Shown here: positions 51,983 to 62,078 of the stretch, one piece after another
Position numbering within the stretch: position 1 is the first letter of the stretch
How the letters are laid out: every line of letters begins with the position of its first letter
Assembly (NCBI GenBank): GCA_963667565.1
Contig: OY763415.1
Span: 480,001 to 544,000 of the forward strand
DNA: 64,000 bases
Source of the DNA: Acholeplasmataceae bacterium
Lineage (GTDB): Bacteria; Bacillota_I; Bacilli_A; Acholeplasmatales; Acholeplasmataceae
Direction: 5' to 3'
Notes under the pieces: generated by a model
Databases searched by the model: none
The model's input: only the letters and a program-made list of their open reading frames with translations
What the model was told of the DNA's origin: nothing
Translations under genes and position numbers: made by a program

Positions 51983-52446
51983 TTTCGATGATTTGGGCGA
52001 TGGATGAAAATTGGCTTATTGGTAAAGGTAATGAATTACCATGGCATTATAAAGAAGATCTAAAATATTATAAAAGTAAAGTTGATCAACAAGTTGTTTT
52101 GATGGGTGAACTTACTTATCAATCATTAAAAGGGTATTATAAAACTAAACCTCTTCCTTTTAAAAAAGCTTATGTATGTAATTTGGAAGATAAAACATAT
52201 GATGATGCCATACTTGTAAAAGACATTCATACTTTTTTAAAACAAACTGATGAAGATATTATTATCATTGGTGGAAGAACAATATATAAACTTGCACTTC
52301 CATACGCTGATCGATTATATATTACATATGTATTAAATCACCATGAGGGTAATGTGTATTTTCCTAAATTTGATTTAAGTGCATTTAAGTTAGTCAGTAA
52401 AGAAGTGATTCCTTCTTTGATTTTTGCTGTTTACGAAAGGAAGTAA
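51979..52446 (+). CDS. folA: Dihydrofolate reductase
   Basis: [18 protein letters not shown] and G..YFP; overlaps the thyA stop. Confidence 0.9.
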   Translation: MISMIWAMDENWLIGKGNELPWHYKEDLKYYKSKVDQQVVLMGELTYQSLKGYYKTKPLPFKKAYVCNLEDKTYDDAILVKDIHTFLKQTDEDIIIIGGRTIYKLALPYADRLYITYVLNHHEGNVYFPKFDLSAFKLVSKEVIPSLIFAVYERK

Positions 52447-52449
52447 AAC

Positions 52450-53238
52450 ATGCTTACACTATTATTTTTAGTTATATATGTTTCTATGATTGTTGGTGTC
52501 TATCTATGGACCCATTTATGGTATCTCATTCCTGTTGCTATCATCATTGGTTATCCACTTGCATTGGCAGTTGTGATTTTACTCATATATATCAATTTTC
52601 CTTGGATGGCAAAAACAAAACCGACTAACAAGTTAAAAAATGATATTGCTTATCAAATTATTTATTTAGTAAATCACTTTTTCATTAGAATTAAGTTAGA
52701 TGTCGAAGGTAGAGAAAATATTCCTCCTAGAGGAACGTTACTAACAACTTATGCAAATCATAAGTCATTATTAGATCCACTGCCAATCATTGAATTGCTA
52801 AAAAGACCAACAACATTTACACCAAAATCAGAAGTGATGTCTTATCCATTGCTTGGTAAATACTTAAAGTATTTAGGTTCAATGGTGATTGATAGATCAA
52901 GTGATAGAAATACTGCAAAAGGTCTAGTTGAAGCAATTAAGAATGCAAAAGATGGTATGAATTATTTGATATTTCCTGAAGGTGGCATTCGTACACGTGA
53001 AGTTGAACACATGGTTGAAATGCGACCAGGTGCTTATAAATTGGGGATGAAAGCAAAAACAAATATGCTTGTCATATCAATGAAAAATATGACTCAAATC
53101 CCAAAACGTTGGCCATTTAAATCAACAGTAATAAAGATGAAAGTTCATCCTTTAATTCGTTATGAAGATATTAAAGATATGCAAACATCTGATATTGCTC
53201 AAATGGTTTATGATATGGTTAATGGTGATTTTGAATAA
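52450..53238 (+). CDS. plsC: 1-acyl-sn-glycerol-3-phosphate acyltransferase
   Basis: ANHKSLLD, IDR and IFPEGG.R. Confidence 0.85.
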   Translation: MLTLLFLVIYVSMIVGVYLWTHLWYLIPVAIIIGYPLALAVVILLIYINFPWMAKTKPTNKLKNDIAYQIIYLVNHFFIRIKLDVEGRENIPPRGTLLTTYANHKSLLDPLPIIELLKRPTTFTPKSEVMSYPLLGKYLKYLGSMVIDRSSDRNTAKGLVEAIKNAKDGMNYLIFPEGGIRTREVEHMVEMRPGAYKLGMKAKTNMLVISMKNMTQIPKRWPFKSTVIKMKVHPLIRYEDIKDMQTSDIAQMVYDMVNGDFE

Positions 53239-53271
53239 AAAATAAATGCCTGTAATGAAACAGGCATTTTT

Positions 53272-53856
53272 TTATCGTTTTGGATTTTTTTTATGTTCAA
53301 TGAGTTTAATACGATTGGGTTCAACTTCGAAATAGAGAATGTCACCATTTTCTAATAAGTAATCTGCAAAATTATAGGTCTTTGGATCACTGTAAACAAG
53401 CAATGCTTTAATGACATGTGAGTGAGCTACACAGATGAGTTCTAAATTGTCGTATGTTTCAAGAAGTTTATAAGTTTGTTCTTTAATTCTATATATTAAT
53501 GCTTGATCGACTTCAAATGAATGATGTTGTGTGTAAGATTTTCTTACGAAATCTCTACCCTTATCGATGGTTTGTCCATCTAAGAATCCAAAATCTCTTT
53601 CAACATAGTGTTGGATTACCTCTATCGGTTGTTTCATCTCTAGATAATCTTTAATCACCATTGCAGTTTCTAATGCTCTTGATAAAGGAGAACTTAAAAT
53701 CGCATCGAAATGATGATTTTCCGATTTTAAAAAGTGTGCTAAATCAAGTGCCTGTTTTCTCCCATTTTCATTTAATGGAATGTTAATTCTTCCTTGTACT
53801 AAGCCATTATAATTATAATTTGTTTGACCGTGTCTTACCATAGCAAGTTTTATCAT
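53272..53856 (-). CDS. Histidine phosphatase family protein
   Basis: VRHGQT, SSPLSRALETA, ERDFG and VAHS. Confidence 0.88.
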   Translation of the reverse strand: MIKLAMVRHGQTNYNYNGLVQGRINIPLNENGRKQALDLAHFLKSENHHFDAILSSPLSRALETAMVIKDYLEMKQPIEVIQHYVERDFGFLDGQTIDKGRDFVRKSYTQHHSFEVDQALIYRIKEQTYKLLETYDNLELICVAHSHVIKALLVYSDPKTYNFADYLLENGDILYFEVEPNRIKLIEHKKNPKR

Positions 53857-53925
53857 TTTTTATCACCGTTGATATTATAACATAACTATAAAATTTGTGA
53901 TAAAATATTATTGAGGAGTGATCTT

Positions 53926-55221
53926 ATGCATGTAATAGATTTGATTACAAAAAAACGAAACGGAGAAATTTTAACAAAAGAAGAGATTGAATTTTTAATT
54001 CAAACTTATACGATGGGTAATATTCCGGATTACCAAATGAGCGCCCTTTTGATGGCTATTTTTTTTCAAGGGATGAATCATGAAGAAGCAACACACTTAG
54101 CGTTATCGATGAGAGATTCAGGAGATGTGATGGACCTAAGTGAAATTAAAGGTATTAAAGTCGATAAGCACTCAACCGGTGGTGTTGGTGATAAGGTGAC
54201 TTTAGTCTTAGCACCTATTGTTGCGAGTTTAGGTGCAAAAGTAGCAAAAATGAGTGGTAGAGGTTTAGGTCATACTGGTGGAACCATTGATAAATTAGAA
54301 AGTATTGAAGGATTCCATGTTGAAGTAGCACCTCAAGATTTTATCAATCAAGTAAATGAAATTGGAATTGCAGTTGTTGGACAAAGTGGGCATATTGCAC
54401 CTGCAGATAAAAAATTATACGCACTTCGTGATGTTACTGCAACTGTAGATATTATTCCACTGATTGCATCATCAATCATGTCAAAAAAATTGGCAAGTGG
54501 TGCAGATGCTATCGTTTTAGATGTTAAAGTAGGTCATGGTGCCTTCATGAAGACTGAAGACGAAGCCAAAGAACTTGCTCAACTTATGGTTGATATTGGT
54601 AAATTAGCAGGTAAAAAAGTTACAGCTATTTTAACAAATATGAATGAACCATTAGGATTTAAAATTGGTAATGCATTAGAAGTTTATGAAGCCATCTTGT
54701 CACTTAAAGGACAAGGACCAAAAGATTTAATGGATGTTGTTACAGTTATTGCTAGTCAATTGTTAATTGATGCACAAATCGCCGTTGATGATCAACAAGC
54801 AAGAACAATGATTGAAGAGAGTATTCAATCAGGTAAAGCTTATGATAAATTTGTAGCATTTGTTAAAGCGCAAGGTGGAAATGTAGATGTTCTATCACAC
54901 TTTGAAGACTTTATCGCAAAAGATTTAGTTGATGTTGTTGCAGATAAAGAAGGTTTCATTGTTGATATGGATGCTTTATCTATTGGTAGAGCTGCAATGA
55001 TTTTAGGTGCAGGTCGAGAAACAAAAGCTGATTTAATTGATCCAAGTGTCGGTATTGAAGTACATAAAAAGATTGGTGATTATATAAAAGTAGGCGATGT
55101 TATTGCTACTTTATATGTCAATCAAAAAGGTATTGAAGAAGCGAAAAAACTTGTTTTAAATTCACTTATCTTAGGAAAAGATAAAGTAGAACAAAAATTA
55201 ATAAGAGGTATTGTTAGATGA
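53926..55221 (+). CDS. pdp: Pyrimidine-nucleoside phosphorylase
   Basis: DKHSTGGVGDK, KMSGRGLGHTGGTIDKLES and IASSIMSKK. Confidence 0.95.
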   Translation: MHVIDLITKKRNGEILTKEEIEFLIQTYTMGNIPDYQMSALLMAIFFQGMNHEEATHLALSMRDSGDVMDLSEIKGIKVDKHSTGGVGDKVTLVLAPIVASLGAKVAKMSGRGLGHTGGTIDKLESIEGFHVEVAPQDFINQVNEIGIAVVGQSGHIAPADKKLYALRDVTATVDIIPLIASSIMSKKLASGADAIVLDVKVGHGAFMKTEDEAKELAQLMVDIGKLAGKKVTAILTNMNEPLGFKIGNALEVYEAILSLKGQGPKDLMDVVTVIASQLLIDAQIAVDDQQARTMIEESIQSGKAYDKFVAFVKAQGGNVDVLSHFEDFIAKDLVDVVADKEGFIVDMDALSIGRAAMILGAGRETKADLIDPSVGIEVHKKIGDYIKVGDVIATLYVNQKGIEEAKKLVLNSLILGKDKVEQKLIRGIVR

Positions 55222-56330
55222 AATTGATGGAACCTGACTATAGTAATTCTATATGGAATGTTTCACATACGATTTTAGCACATTACGGACATCATACTGA
55301 TGTTCCTCTCATTCCAGAACTTAAAGAAAAATTAGATAAAAATTATAAACATGTTTGTTTGTTTTTGCTTGATGGGATGGGCACCAATATTATTAAAAAA
55401 CATTTAAGACATAAAGATTTCTTAAAAAAGCATGTGATCAAAAAAATCACATCAGTTTATCCTCCTACAACAGTAGCTGCAACCAATACGGTACTTACTT
55501 GTAAGACACCTTACGAAAGTGGTTATTTAGGATGGACTCAATATTTTTCAGATGATGACGTTTATGCAATTGTCTTTAGAAATGAAGACTATTATGATGC
55601 TGATAAAGCACTAAAGTTAAATTATCGAGATACTTATTTAAAACATGATTTGATTTTTGATTATATTAAACGTGCAGACGCTAGTGTCCAAACGTATAAG
55701 TTATTTCCTAGTTTTGAACCAGGTGGTTTTGAAACTTTTAATGAGCAACTAGAAGAAGTGAAGAAAATCACTAAGCAAGATTCAAAAACTTTCTCATATA
55801 TTTATTGGACTAATCCTGATGATATGGAACATCGTTTTGGACCTAAAAGCAAGGAAGTTAAAGAAGAACTTAGATCATTGTCTGCGCAATTAGATAGATT
55901 TTCTAAACAATTAAATCCTGATACATTATTAATTGTTATTGCTGATCATGGACAAATTGAAGTGAAACCAGTTGAGTTTACTGAACAAACATATTTATAC
56001 GATATGTTATCTAAAAAACCATCATTAGAACCTAGAACACCTGCATTCTTTGTCAAAGATGATAAACATCTTGAATTTAGAATGATGTTTAGTAAAATGT
56101 TTGAAACCAGATATAAACTATATGCATCACATGATTTTATTGAAAGTGGATTGATAGGATATGGAAACAAGCATCCAATGCTTGATCAATTTGTTGGAGA
56201 TTTTGTTGCAGTTGCAATATCTGATAGTTATCTTAAGTTTAAAAAAACAGCCTTGTATAAAGGCCATCATGCAGGTTTAACTAAAGATGAGATGGAAGTA
56301 CCACTCATCATCTATTCAAATAAAAAATAA
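55218..56330 (+). CDS. Alkaline phosphatase superfamily protein (nucleotide pyrophosphatase/phosphodiesterase-like)
   Basis: LLDGMG, SVYPPTT, PDDMEH, ADHGQ and GHHAG. Confidence 0.82.
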   Translation: MKLMEPDYSNSIWNVSHTILAHYGHHTDVPLIPELKEKLDKNYKHVCLFLLDGMGTNIIKKHLRHKDFLKKHVIKKITSVYPPTTVAATNTVLTCKTPYESGYLGWTQYFSDDDVYAIVFRNEDYYDADKALKLNYRDTYLKHDLIFDYIKRADASVQTYKLFPSFEPGGFETFNEQLEEVKKITKQDSKTFSYIYWTNPDDMEHRFGPKSKEVKEELRSLSAQLDRFSKQLNPDTLLIVIADHGQIEVKPVEFTEQTYLYDMLSKKPSLEPRTPAFFVKDDKHLEFRMMFSKMFETRYKLYASHDFIESGLIGYGNKHPMLDQFVGDFVAVAISDSYLKFKKTALYKGHHAGLTKDEMEVPLIIYSNKK

Positions 56331-56361
56331 GCGATGCTAAATAGCACCGCTTATTTCTTTT

Positions 56362-57303
56362 TTATTTTTCAGCTTTTTTGTCAGTTTTTGCAAATTCTGC
56401 AGCCATCATAATTGATGATGCTAAATCTGTGATATTTGTAGGAACAACAAGTTTAGTTGATTGACCATCAGCAACTTTAGCTAAAGCTTCAAAGGCTTTA
56501 ATCGTAAGTACAGTTTGGTCAGCATCAGCTTTCTTAATAAGTCCAATACCAAGTGCTTCAGCTTCTTTTAGTTTAAGAATAGCTTCAGCTTCCCCTGTAG
56601 CATGAAGAACTTTTTCTTGTTTATAAGCATCAGCTCTAAGAATAACTGATTCTCTTTCACCTTCAGCTCTTAGGATTGCTGCACGCTTTTCACCTTCAGC
56701 AATTAAGATCGTTTGACGTCTTTCACGTTCTGCACGCATTTGTTTTTCCATTGAATCACGAATATCTTTTGGTGGAAGAATGTTCTTGACTTCTACACGG
56801 TTAACTTTAATACCCCATGGGTCAGTCGCTTCATCTAAAATCTTTCTCATGTTAGTATTGATAAGATCTCTTGATGTAAGTGTTTGGTCTAAGTCTAATT
56901 CACCAATGATATTACGTAATGTTGTTGCAGAAATTTTTTCAATAGCTAGCATAGGTGTTTCAGTACCATATGTATAAGCTTTTGGATCTGTAATTGAGAA
57001 GAAGACAACTGTATCAATTTGCATTGTTACATTATCTTTTGTAATAACAGGTTGTGGATCAAAGTCCTTAACTTGTTCTTTAAGTGAAACAACGTTTACA
57101 ACTCTTTCAATGATTGGGAATACATATTTAATCCCAACGCCCATTGTACGGTTATATCCCCCTAAACGTTCAACAACATACTTTTTAGTTTGAGTGACAA
57201 CTTTAACACCTGAAATGGCAATCATCAATAATATGGCTAAAACAATGATAAGTGCCCAGCCACCTGTGCTCATTAATACTGATGGTAATAATCTTGATAA
57301 CAT
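56362..57303 (-). CDS. SPFH/band-7 (stomatin-like) protein
   Basis: VVERLG, ITKDNV, ATDPWGIKVNRVE and QMRAERERR. Confidence 0.92.
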   Translation of the reverse strand: MLSRLLPSVLMSTGGWALIIVLAILLMIAISGVKVVTQTKKYVVERLGGYNRTMGVGIKYVFPIIERVVNVVSLKEQVKDFDPQPVITKDNVTMQIDTVVFFSITDPKAYTYGTETPMLAIEKISATTLRNIIGELDLDQTLTSRDLINTNMRKILDEATDPWGIKVNRVEVKNILPPKDIRDSMEKQMRAERERRQTILIAEGEKRAAILRAEGERESVILRADAYKQEKVLHATGEAEAILKLKEAEALGIGLIKKADADQTVLTIKAFEALAKVADGQSTKLVVPTNITDLASSIMMAAEFAKTDKKAEK

Positions 57304-57322
57304 AATAAATCCCTTCCTTTAT

Positions 57323-57745
57323 TTATATTTTTTGTACGATGAGCTTTACACCTTCAACATCAAGGATTTTAACTTCATCATTTACTTCTATATCTTCTTC
57401 AGATATTGCAGACCATACGCGTGTTTTTAATTGAACAGCACCTACAGTGTTTGAACTAATTCTTTCAATACAGACTGCTTTTTGGCCAATCACCGAATCA
57501 ACGTTTGTTTTAATCTCATTTGTTTTGAAATAACTTACTACGAGTGGTCTTGTGAAAAGTAGTAAAAGTGTTGCAACAACTAAGAAAACGACAATTTGAA
57601 TTACTGGGTTAACATCAAGCAACGAAAGAATATAGGTTGGTACAGCTGCTAAAGATATCCAGATACTTACTAAATGCGTCGTTGATAATTCAAGAAGCAA
57701 CGCACCTAAAAAAATACCTAGCCACATCCATTGAAACCAATCCAT
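57323..57745 (-). CDS. NfeD-family protein
   Basis: TM N-terminus plus OB-fold with G.V....WSA and V.I..VEGVKLIV. Confidence 0.88.
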   Translation of the reverse strand: MDWFQWMWLGIFLGALLLELSTTHLVSIWISLAAVPTYILSLLDVNPVIQIVVFLVVATLLLLFTRPLVVSYFKTNEIKTNVDSVIGQKAVCIERISSNTVGAVQLKTRVWSAISEEDIEVNDEVKILDVEGVKLIVQKI

Positions 57746-58120
57746 CTATAATACCTCCTTTAAGTCTACTGTTAAGACTTCTTGTTTAGAATCCCAATTG
57801 GCTTTAAATTTAAACACTGTATTGATGACATCAATACTAAACCAATCAACGATCTCTTCTAAAAATGATTTATTCGTTACTCTGCTATAAGAGTTGCGAA
57901 TGGTAATTTTATATTTGCTATTTGCTGGGATGTCATGCATCATTGATCGTTCTTTATTAAGTGGCTTAATAAATAATAGCTTATCTGTTTGATTGACACC
58001 GAGCATAACCGAATATGCATTTTCAAAAAACATAGTTGCTGGTTTATTTAATGTTAGACTTCCATTTCCAATGGTTACAACACAATCTTTTGGTTTCTCA
58101 TTAAACCATGTGATATCCAT
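57746..58120 (-). CDS. Hypothetical protein, first gene of the nfeD-SPFH operon
   Basis: ORF with RBS AAGGAAG and an upstream TTGCAT...TATAAT promoter. Confidence 0.65.
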   Translation of the reverse strand: MDITWFNEKPKDCVVTIGNGSLTLNKPATMFFENAYSVMLGVNQTDKLLFIKPLNKERSMMHDIPANSKYKITIRNSYSRVTNKSFLEEIVDWFSIDVINTVFKFKANWDSKQEVLTVDLKEVL

Positions 58121-58188
58121 ATAAATCACTTCCTTTGATTATATTATAACACAAATTATAAAAAATGCAATAAAATTACAATAAATTA

Positions 58189-58638
58189 TTATTGATTATT
58201 ATTGATGATATCAAGAATTTCAAAACCAAATTGAAGTGCATATGCTTTTACTTCCACTTCTAAATCTTCTGCTTGATTGTTTAGTAATCTAGATTGTACA
58301 TAAAAATCATGTACTGTATCTAGCGAATCAAGAGAACCATAGACATAAAGCATTTCATCGACAACTTTAATTTTATATGTAATGATAGTGACACCTTCAA
58401 ATCCTTTTTGCGTTTTAACTTTTTTACTCACGAAGAAAGGGGATTTGGTAAATTTTTCAATTGAACGATCAATAAGTGGTATGAGAAAATAAACACCAGG
58501 ATTTTCAATGGTTTTTAAATATTTACCTAATCTTTCTATAATAACAACTTCATCATCTTTAACAAGTAAGAAAGAAGGTAGCAAGATAAGAATGAGTAAA
58601 CCTGTGATAATTAAGATGGAAATTTCTAATTCTGTCAT
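58189..58638 (-). CDS. Short SPFH-domain-like membrane protein
   Basis: N-terminal TM plus VVIIERLGKY..T..PGVYFLIPLID; no coiled-coil tail. Confidence 0.65.
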   Translation of the reverse strand: MTELEISILIITGLLILILLPSFLLVKDDEVVIIERLGKYLKTIENPGVYFLIPLIDRSIEKFTKSPFFVSKKVKTQKGFEGVTIITYKIKVVDEMLYVYGSLDSLDTVHDFYVQSRLLNNQAEDLEVEVKAYALQFGFEILDIINNNQ

Positions 58639-58693
58639 ATAATAAAACTCCTTTGTTGAAATTTATATCATTTCGTGTTATATTTTTATTGAT

Positions 58694-58773
58694 CACTACG
58701 GGGAGCATAAGCTGAGAGGACGTAAAGTCGACCCGAAGAACCTGATCTGGATGATACCAGCGGAGGGATAGTC
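58694..58773 (+). ncRNA. TPP riboswitch aptamer
   Basis: GGGGAGC...GCTGAGAGG...GACCC...ACCTGATCTGGATGATACCAGCGGAGGGA, upstream of thiT. Confidence 0.95.
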
Positions 58774-58805
58774 GATAAGTGTAAGTAGACATATCACTAA
58801 CTATC

Positions 58806-58837
58806 AATTTCTTTGGCTAATCCATAGAAATTTTTTT
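58806..58837 (+). terminator. TPP riboswitch expression-platform terminator
   Basis: AATTTCTTTGG-CTAAT-CCATAGAAATT followed by a T tract. Confidence 0.65.
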
Positions 58838-58859
58838 ATTTTCTAAGGAGGAAAGAAAG

Positions 58860-59546
58860 ATGAAGAATCAAAAAGCTTTAAAAAAATTAGTTTTAACTGC
58901 AATTCTTTTAGCGATTGCAGTCGTCGTCGATTTGATTACGAGTGCGGTACCAGGATTAAATTTAAGCATGCCATTTGGTGGGAAATTTTTTGGTATATCT
59001 ATGATCCCATTAATTCTGATTGGTCTTATATGTGGGCTTGAATATGGATTGATTGCTGGATTCTTATATGGTATATATAATTTCTCAGCAGATTATATGA
59101 TTTATTTGTCAGCACTTCGTGACACGCTTGAGAGTTGGACGGGCACATCATGGAATTCATTCCAAATCCTACTATTAGTGCTATTGGATTATGTTATTCC
59201 ATTTATGGCATTTGGACTCTCTGGTTTATTTAAAAAACAATTTAAGTCATTAAGTGGACTTGTTAAATCAGTTATGCTCGTCAGTGTCATAAGACTTATT
59301 TCTAGTACACTAAGTGGCGTAGTATTATGGAGTACTAGCATTCAATTTGCAATATCAGAAGTTGAATCAGGAAATGCTGATCCCAATTTAGCAACACGTA
59401 TTTTTAGTTTTGTTGGTGGCAATGTATGGTTATATAGCTTTGGTTATAATTTGACATACATTCTTACAACAGGTATTGTTGTATATTTGATTTTATCATT
59501 AACTCACAAACGTATTTATACGATTAGTGAGCAATTTGTCTTATAA
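58860..59546 (+). CDS. thiT: Thiamine ECF S-component ThiT
   Basis: MPFGG, SMIP, Q.LLDY.IPF and SGVVLW...YSFGYN; TPP riboswitch upstream. Confidence 0.88.
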   Translation: MKNQKALKKLVLTAILLAIAVVVDLITSAVPGLNLSMPFGGKFFGISMIPLILIGLICGLEYGLIAGFLYGIYNFSADYMIYLSALRDTLESWTGTSWNSFQILLLVLLDYVIPFMAFGLSGLFKKQFKSLSGLVKSVMLVSVIRLISSTLSGVVLWSTSIQFAISEVESGNADPNLATRIFSFVGGNVWLYSFGYNLTYILTTGIVVYLILSLTHKRIYTISEQFVL

Positions 59547-60113
59547 AAAATGTTGATCAAGCACTTTTAGATAATCAAGTCTTGGTTGATAACCAAATGG
59601 AATTAAATAAGCTTTTTCTTTAAAGACTTCATACGGGATGGATTTACGTCCCGTATCTTTATTTTGTGAATCCCAATATGTAGATAAAATGTCAAAAGGT
59701 AGTAAAAAATATTCATTGTATTGTTTAAAGTGTACAATAAGAAATGCAATACCTTTTTGATTGACAACGTTTCTTAAGTGATCAATTTGATGTGGGTGAA
59801 CGTTCTTAAGTGGCATCGATGTTTTTGAATTTGTTTCCTTCGCATCAAAATCGATATAAAAACCTTTATAGATTCCATTAAAATCAGTTGTTGATGGTGT
59901 CTTATAATATGCTTCAGTAATTTTAGCTTTATTACGAGCAGGATAAGAAACACTAACCACTTGAATTGGGGTAGGTTTTTTATGAATAACAGCAATATTA
60001 TTATCTAAATAATATTGATTTGATTGTTCAATATCAGATTCAAGCGTCATGCCAAGATTCGCATAATTTGTTTGTTTGATCTGCGGTTTACGTTTAATTG
60101 GGTATTTTATCAT
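59541..60113 (-). CDS. recU: Holliday junction resolvase RecU
   Basis: GMTLE, IHKKPTPIQ, STTDFNGIYKG..IDFDAKET and HQI.HL. Confidence 0.95.
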   Translation of the reverse strand: MIKYPIKRKPQIKQTNYANLGMTLESDIEQSNQYYLDNNIAVIHKKPTPIQVVSVSYPARNKAKITEAYYKTPSTTDFNGIYKGFYIDFDAKETNSKTSMPLKNVHPHQIDHLRNVVNQKGIAFLIVHFKQYNEYFLLPFDILSTYWDSQNKDTGRKSIPYEVFKEKAYLIPFGYQPRLDYLKVLDQHFL

Positions 60114-60229
60114 ATGTTATCACCTAATTTTATGATACCATAACTAAAAACAAAATCATTGTTTAATGTGAAAAACATGATATAATGTATATGAATAAAA
60201 AAGCGTTACTTTGTGAAGGAAGTGTGTAT

Positions 60230-61906
60230 ATGAGTGAGATACGATTTTTTGCTTTAGGGGGACTAGGCGAAAATGGGAAAAATATGTATGTGGTTGAAGT
60301 TGATCGAAGTTTATTCATTTTAGATGCAGGGATTAAATACCCAAGTTCTGAATTATATGGTGTCGATGAAATCATTCCTGATTACCGCATTTTAATTCGT
60401 GCAAAAGATCGAATTAAAGGTATTTTTTTGTCGCATGCCCATGAAGATCATATCGCTGCAGTGCCACATTTAATCAATGATTTAAATGTCCCAGTTTATG
60501 CGACTAACTTTACAATGCAAATCTTAAAAGATATGCTTAAAGATGCAGATCTAAAATTAGAGGATTATACACTAAATACCATTAGTCAAAATAGTATTAT
60601 CAAATTTGGAAATGTGAGAGTGTCATTTTTTAACACAACACATTCAATTCCAGAATCTGTAGGGATCGCTATTCACACGATGGATGGTGTCATTGTATAT
60701 ACGAGTGACTTTACTTTTGATCAAAGTGGTGATTTAAAATATCAAACAGATTTTAGAAAAATTAATGAATTATCAGAAAAAAATGTCTTGGTTTTATTAA
60801 CTGAATCATTAGGATCAACTTTAGTCCTCAATGGTGGTGTCAATCAAGCACTTGATCACAAACTTAATTCAATATTTGCCAATGCCCAAGGACGTATCAT
60901 TATATCGCTGTTTTCATCAGATTTAAGAAAAATCCAACATGCAGTAAATATCAGTTTAAAACATCATAAAAAAATAGCAATCATTGGACGTAGAGCTCAA
61001 AGAATTGTGGATATTGCGATAGCCAATGGTTATCTAGAAATTCCTAAAGAAGCATTAGTCAATTTAAAATTTATTGATGATAAAAATAAGAATGATGATC
61101 CAAATATTGTTGCACTTGTCACAGGTAATAGACATGAACCATTCTTTATGTTACAAAGAATGTGCAAGAAAATTGATAGACTAGTTCAAATCAATGATGC
61201 CGATACAATCATTTTAATGACAGCTCCAGTCCCAGGAACTGAAAAGATGGCTGCAAGAACACTAGATACACTGTATCGTAGTGAAGCTGATGTAGAAATG
61301 ATTGATAAAAGATTATTAACAGCAGCACATGCTACTGCAGAAGAATTAAAGATGATGATGAATTTATTAAAACCAAAATACATCATACCTACAATTGGAG
61401 AATATAGACATCAATATGGTGTTAGAAAATTAGCACTTGATCTTAATTATCAAGCTGAAGATGTATTCTTACTTGATAATGGTGATGTATTTAATTATAA
61501 AGATAAAGATGTATTTGTAAGTCGTCATGATATCAATGTTGGTGAAATCTTAATTGATGGAACCGCTGTTGGTGATGTCAATGATTTTGTTATGAAAGAT
61601 AGAGAATTATTGGCAGAAGACGGTGCGCTACTTATTGTTGCACATGTAAGTCCTAAAAATAAAGAAATTTTAGGTAGTGTTGAAATTATTACTAAAGGTT
61701 TTGTTTATGTCAAGGAATCGGAAGCGTTGCTTGAAAAGGTAAAAGAAATCTTTTATACGACAAGTCAAAAACATCTACAAGGTAAATATATTAATTGGAA
61801 TGAGTACAAGCGTGATGTGAGAAATGATATCAATAGATTCATTTATCAGGAAACAAAACGAAGTCCAATCACTATTCCAGTGATAATATCAACTGAACTT
61901 AACTAA
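60230..61906 (+). CDS. rnj: Ribonuclease J
   Basis: ALGGLGENGKNM, SHAHEDHI, THSIPES and PITIPVII. Confidence 0.92.
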   Translation: MSEIRFFALGGLGENGKNMYVVEVDRSLFILDAGIKYPSSELYGVDEIIPDYRILIRAKDRIKGIFLSHAHEDHIAAVPHLINDLNVPVYATNFTMQILKDMLKDADLKLEDYTLNTISQNSIIKFGNVRVSFFNTTHSIPESVGIAIHTMDGVIVYTSDFTFDQSGDLKYQTDFRKINELSEKNVLVLLTESLGSTLVLNGGVNQALDHKLNSIFANAQGRIIISLFSSDLRKIQHAVNISLKHHKKIAIIGRRAQRIVDIAIANGYLEIPKEALVNLKFIDDKNKNDDPNIVALVTGNRHEPFFMLQRMCKKIDRLVQINDADTIILMTAPVPGTEKMAARTLDTLYRSEADVEMIDKRLLTAAHATAEELKMMMNLLKPKYIIPTIGEYRHQYGVRKLALDLNYQAEDVFLLDNGDVFNYKDKDVFVSRHDINVGEILIDGTAVGDVNDFVMKDRELLAEDGALLIVAHVSPKNKEILGSVEIITKGFVYVKESEALLEKVKEIFYTTSQKHLQGKYINWNEYKRDVRNDINRFIYQETKRSPITIPVIISTELN

Positions 61907-61931
61907 AAAAAGGCTAAAAATTAGCCTTTTT
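61905..61931. terminator. Bidirectional intrinsic terminator after rnj
   Basis: A7-GGCTAA-AAA-TTAGCC-T5. Confidence 0.85.
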
Positions 61932-61987
61932 ATTTTATTAGAAGTAAAAATAAGAAATTCTTTCTATGATTAATAAAAGAATAAAAT

Positions 61988-62011
61988 GTCCTTAATGTAG
62001 TATTTAAGGAC
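61988..62011. repeat. Left recombination site (IRL): GTCCTTAA-TGTAGTAT-TTAAGGAC
   Basis: 8-bp dyad arms around an 8-bp asymmetric spacer; exact reverse complement of 62976-62999. Confidence 0.93.
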
Positions 62012-62022
62012 ATAGCGGTTTT

Positions 62023-62051
62023 ATTATAAATATTTATTGTTTTATTGTCAA
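62023..62051 (-). promoter_or_regulatory. Perfect consensus sigma-A promoter facing out of the invertible segment
   Basis: Minus strand TTGACA (62051-62046), 17-bp spacer ATAAAACAATAAATATT, TATAAT (62028-62023). Confidence 0.85.
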
Positions 62052-62078
62052 TAAAATAATGAATTAGAAAGGATTAAA

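Noticed and set aside
58559..58807. 82-aa minus-strand ORF
   Set aside because: It overlaps the TPP riboswitch and the start of the 58638 gene, so it is most likely spurious.
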